DNA of 1,550 bases, from assembly GCF_003334355.1 (NCBI RefSeq), contig NZ_QOWP01000086.1; one strand, given 5' to 3'. A program made the position numbers and the translations under genes. Numbering within the stretch: position 1 is the first letter of the stretch; each line of letters starts with the position of its first letter. The stretch comes from Escherichia coli. GTDB taxonomy: Bacteria; Pseudomonadota; Gammaproteobacteria; Enterobacterales; Enterobacteriaceae. Positions 1 through 1,550 of the stretch are shown here, piece by piece. The notes below the pieces were generated by a model. That model saw only the letters and a list, made by a program, of their open reading frames with translations. It was not told the DNA's origin and made no database searches.

Positions 1-1550
1 GATGGCCACGGGATTGGTGCGCCGACTGGGTAGCTTTCTGGTGGAAGATTTTTCGAGGTATAAACTTCTGCCCAGTCTTCCTCAAAACCATAGCCATCTC
101 TTGAGGAACGGTAGAACAGACCTCCATTTCTGTAATGTGCCTTCATCTGCAAGGTCCGGCAACTTCCGACTCCGGTATAGAAGTTAACCAGAATATAGGT
201 GTCGCCAGAGCGGGTGACATTGTAAGCGCCTGATTCGGCATTCCAGGGAACACCACCATCCGCATCGGCATATGTATCCGTTGCCCTTCTGGCAAAAGCA
301 GCCACATGCGCGGCGGTTAAAGTGATATCAGTAGAACCATCAAATGGAACACCGGATATTTTTCTTGCAGTCTGAAGTTTTGTAGCAGTTGCAGCATTAC
401 CAGTGGTGTTCTGATTACCCGTAGTGTTTACACCTGGAAGGTTAATATTTGCAGAACCGTCGAAAACAACTCCACCGATAGATCTTGCCGTCTGCAATTT
501 CGTGGCTGTACTTGCATTACCATTCAATGAACCAGTTAATCCACCTGTAACAGACAACGGACCTGAAACTGTTCCTCCGGTTGTTGGCAGTGCTCCAATA
601 TCTGATGGTGTAGGTTTCTGATGTGAGCTATACATCGTATAAACAACACCATAGGTAACGCTGGAAGGCTTACTCGCTGAATATGTTGGCGAGGTATAAA
701 CAGAAACTGACGCATTTGCAGTACAATCCCAATGGATATTTACACTCGTCGCATAATTGCCAATCTCAACGTAAATATCATATGTATCGCCGGATGTGTT
801 GATCCAGGCGAAATTCGTTAATCCGACGGCTGTACGCTTCCACAAAGCCCCGGTAATTCCTTTGGGGTTTCCATTGCCTGCTCGTAGAACCAGTTCTGAA
901 ATGCCTGCCTGATGTGGGGAACCGACGTTGTAACCAGCGCCACCAATCAATGCGATGTAAACGATGGAACTCGCTTGTGGCATGGTAACCGTAGCCAGTT
1001 TGAACCACCCAGCCCCGCCAGAGAAAGACATCGTTACTGAATTTAAAGTACCAATATCTTTCGGCGTTAATGTTATATCCGCAGTCAGTGCTTTTCCGTT
1101 AACTTTTCGGTTAGATGGCACCCTGCTATTCGCATTGTCATTGGCTGCTTTAACTGCTTTTGGCGTTGCGGCCAGCGATTCACTGGTGCTATCAACAGCA
1201 CTGCTAAGTTTCACAACACCTTTAGTTGTAAGGCTTGCGTCTTCCATCGCAACTGCACCGGCAATCTCTTCAGCACGATCAGCAGCAGCTTCCGCACGGG
1301 TCGCAGCGGATTCAGCAGTAGTTTTGCTCTGAGATGCTGCCGTCGCACTGCCTGCCGCCTCTGTTGCTTTCGTGGATGCCGTCGTGGCGCTGCCCCGCGC
1401 TGCTGACGCCTGTCTGGTCGCCTCATCTTTTGAAGCAGACGCCGATGATGCCGATGACGCCGCCGAACTGGCTGACGATGCGGCTGCCGTTTTTGAGGAT
1501 TCTGCACGGGTTTCCGACGCTTTCGCGTTCGTTTCGGATGTCTTCGCTGC
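1..1550 (-). CDS. Phage/prophage side tail fibre protein (lambdoid Stf-like), internal fragment; both ends lie outside the window
   Basis: Minus-strand frame with codons at + 1550..1548 down to + 5..3 is open for all 516 codons. This frame is absent from the ORF track, consistent with no in-window stop. Translation begins AAKTSETNAKASETRAESSKTAAASSASSAASSASSASASKDEATRQASAARGSATTASTKATEAAGSATAASQSKTTAESAATRAEAAADRAEEIAGAVAMEDASLTTKGVVKLSSAVDSTSESLAATPKAVKAANDNANSRVPSNRKVNGKALTADITLTPKDIG and ends ...SKNLPPESYPVGAPIPWP. The Ala/Ser-rich rod, the SESLAATPKAVKAA motif, the KLQTAR..FDGS..I.L repeats and the GAPIPWP motif are all characteristic of enterobacterial side tail fibre proteins as I recall them. 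Family assignment is from memory, not a search. Confidence 0.9.
3..23 (-). other. GAPIPWP junction motif at the window edge
   Basis: The last seven complete codons of the in-window translation read G A P I P W P (minus-strand GGC GCA CCA ATC CCG TGG CCA). As I recall it, this is the first part of the GAPIPWPSD motif shared by lambda Stf-type and other tail fibre proteins; the expected following residues lie beyond + position 1. Confidence 0.7.
318..398 (-). repeat. Tail-fibre repeat unit 2 (protein-level repeat NAATATKLQTARKISGVPFDGSTDITL)
   Basis: Residues 385-411 of the translation; same TATKLQTAR-x-I-x-GV-x-FDGS-x-x-I-x-L pattern as unit 1, 40 residues downstream of it. Confidence 0.8.
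438..518 (-). repeat. Tail-fibre repeat unit 1 (protein-level repeat NASTATKLQTARSIGGVVFDGSANINL)
   Basis: Residues 345-371 of the translation; matches unit 2 at 20 of 27 positions. Confidence 0.8.
531..1031 (-). other. Unassigned central domain of the fibre (about 165 aa), possibly a beta-rich module
   Basis: Residues 174-340: MSFSGGAGWFKLATVTMPQASSIVYIALIGGAGYNVGSPHQAGISELVLRAGNGNPKGITGALWKRTAVGLTNFAWINTSGDTYDIYVEIGNYATSVNIHWDCTANASVSVYTSPTYSASKPSSVTYGVVYTMYSSHQKPTPSDIGALPTTGGTVSGPLSVTGGLTGS. Composition is rich in G, T, S, V, Y and W with alternating hydrophobic residues; I cannot assign a named motif from sequence alone. Confidence 0.4.
1143..1172 (-). other. Conserved tail-fibre motif LAATPKAVKAA
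   Basis: Residues 126-136 of the translation (SESLAATPKAVKAAND). As I recall it, the (S/T)ETLAATPKAVK motif recurs in lambdoid and related enterobacterial tail fibre proteins. Confidence 0.7.
1248..1550 (-). other. Ala/Ser/Thr-rich low-complexity segment of the fibre (putative N-proximal shaft region)
   Basis: Residues 1-101 of the in-window translation are dominated by A, S, T with scattered K/E/R (e.g. KTAAASSASSAASSASSASAS, TRAEAAADRAEEIAGA). The DNA here is visibly more GC-rich than the rest of the window, about 65% in one hand-counted 60-nt block versus about 38-45% in blocks further 5' on the + strand. Confidence 0.75.
1440..1457 (-). repeat. Short tandem 9-nt repeat (2 units) encoding SSA-SSA within the Ala/Ser-rich segment
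   Basis: Minus-strand codons TCA TCG GCA / TCA TCG GCG; + strand reads cgccgatgatgccgatga at 1440..1457. Confidence 0.6.

Noticed and set aside
2-187. 61-aa plus-strand ORF
   Set aside because: Short and antisense to the fibre coding frame; no recognisable motif or ribosome-binding site. Treated as a chance ORF.
1-520. Diversity-generating retroelement variable region in the fibre
   Set aside because: Some phage fibres are DGR targets, but the variable region sits at the extreme C-terminus, which lies outside this window. I see no template-repeat-like duplicate or adenine-focused pattern here.
424-621. 65-aa plus-strand ORF
   Set aside because: Antisense to the tail-fibre repeat region; Pro/Val-rich translation is the mirror of Gly/Thr/Asn codons on the true strand. 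Treated as a chance ORF.
778-1008. 76-aa minus-strand ORF in an alternative frame
   Set aside because: Same strand as the fibre gene but a different frame; Arg/Trp-rich translation with no motif, fully nested in the long open frame.
964-1332. 122-aa plus-strand ORF with a hydrophobic, membrane-protein-like translation
   Set aside because: It is antisense to the continuous tail-fibre frame. Its hydrophobic, Ala/Ser/Leu-rich character is what results from reading Ala/Ser/Thr-rich coding DNA on the opposite strand. No Shine-Dalgarno-like purine run precedes the ATG at 964.
1211-1507. 98-aa minus-strand ORF in an alternative frame with an extremely Arg/Gln/Pro-rich product
   Set aside because: This is the typical out-of-frame reading of GC-rich Ala/Ser codon runs. 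It is nested in the fibre gene and has no independent support.
1-1550. Possibility that the window hides a separate novel system (defence locus, toxin-antitoxin, CRISPR array, RNA gene)
   Set aside because: One open frame spans the entire window and its translation is coherent tail-fibre sequence throughout. There is no intergenic space, no array-like direct repeats with spacers, and no rRNA or tRNA-like structure that I can see.
1100-1550. GC-content step as evidence of horizontal acquisition of the 5' part of the gene
   Set aside because: The GC-rich part coincides exactly with the Ala/Ser-rich protein segment (GCN and TCG/AGC codons), so amino-acid composition explains it without invoking foreign origin. 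GC3 analysis would be needed to argue otherwise.

Overview
The whole 1550-nt window is the interior of one long minus-strand coding region. Translating the reverse strand in the frame whose first codon is + 1550..1548 gives 516 consecutive sense codons with no stop, so the gene continues past both window edges. By my own recognition (no database search was possible), the product is an enterobacterial phage or prophage side tail fibre of the lambdoid Stf type. In N-to-C order (high + coordinates to low) it shows an Ala/Ser/Thr-rich rod segment, the conserved LAATPKAVKAA motif, an unassigned domain of about 165 aa, two copies of a tail-fibre repeat, an aromatic-rich segment, and the GAPIPWP junction motif cut by the window edge. 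All five ORFs in the supplied track lie in other frames or on the opposite strand and I treat them as overlapping-frame artefacts. I see no evidence for a separate system here (defence locus, CRISPR, RNA gene, mobile-element boundary); what is worth a second look is the modular architecture of the fibre itself.
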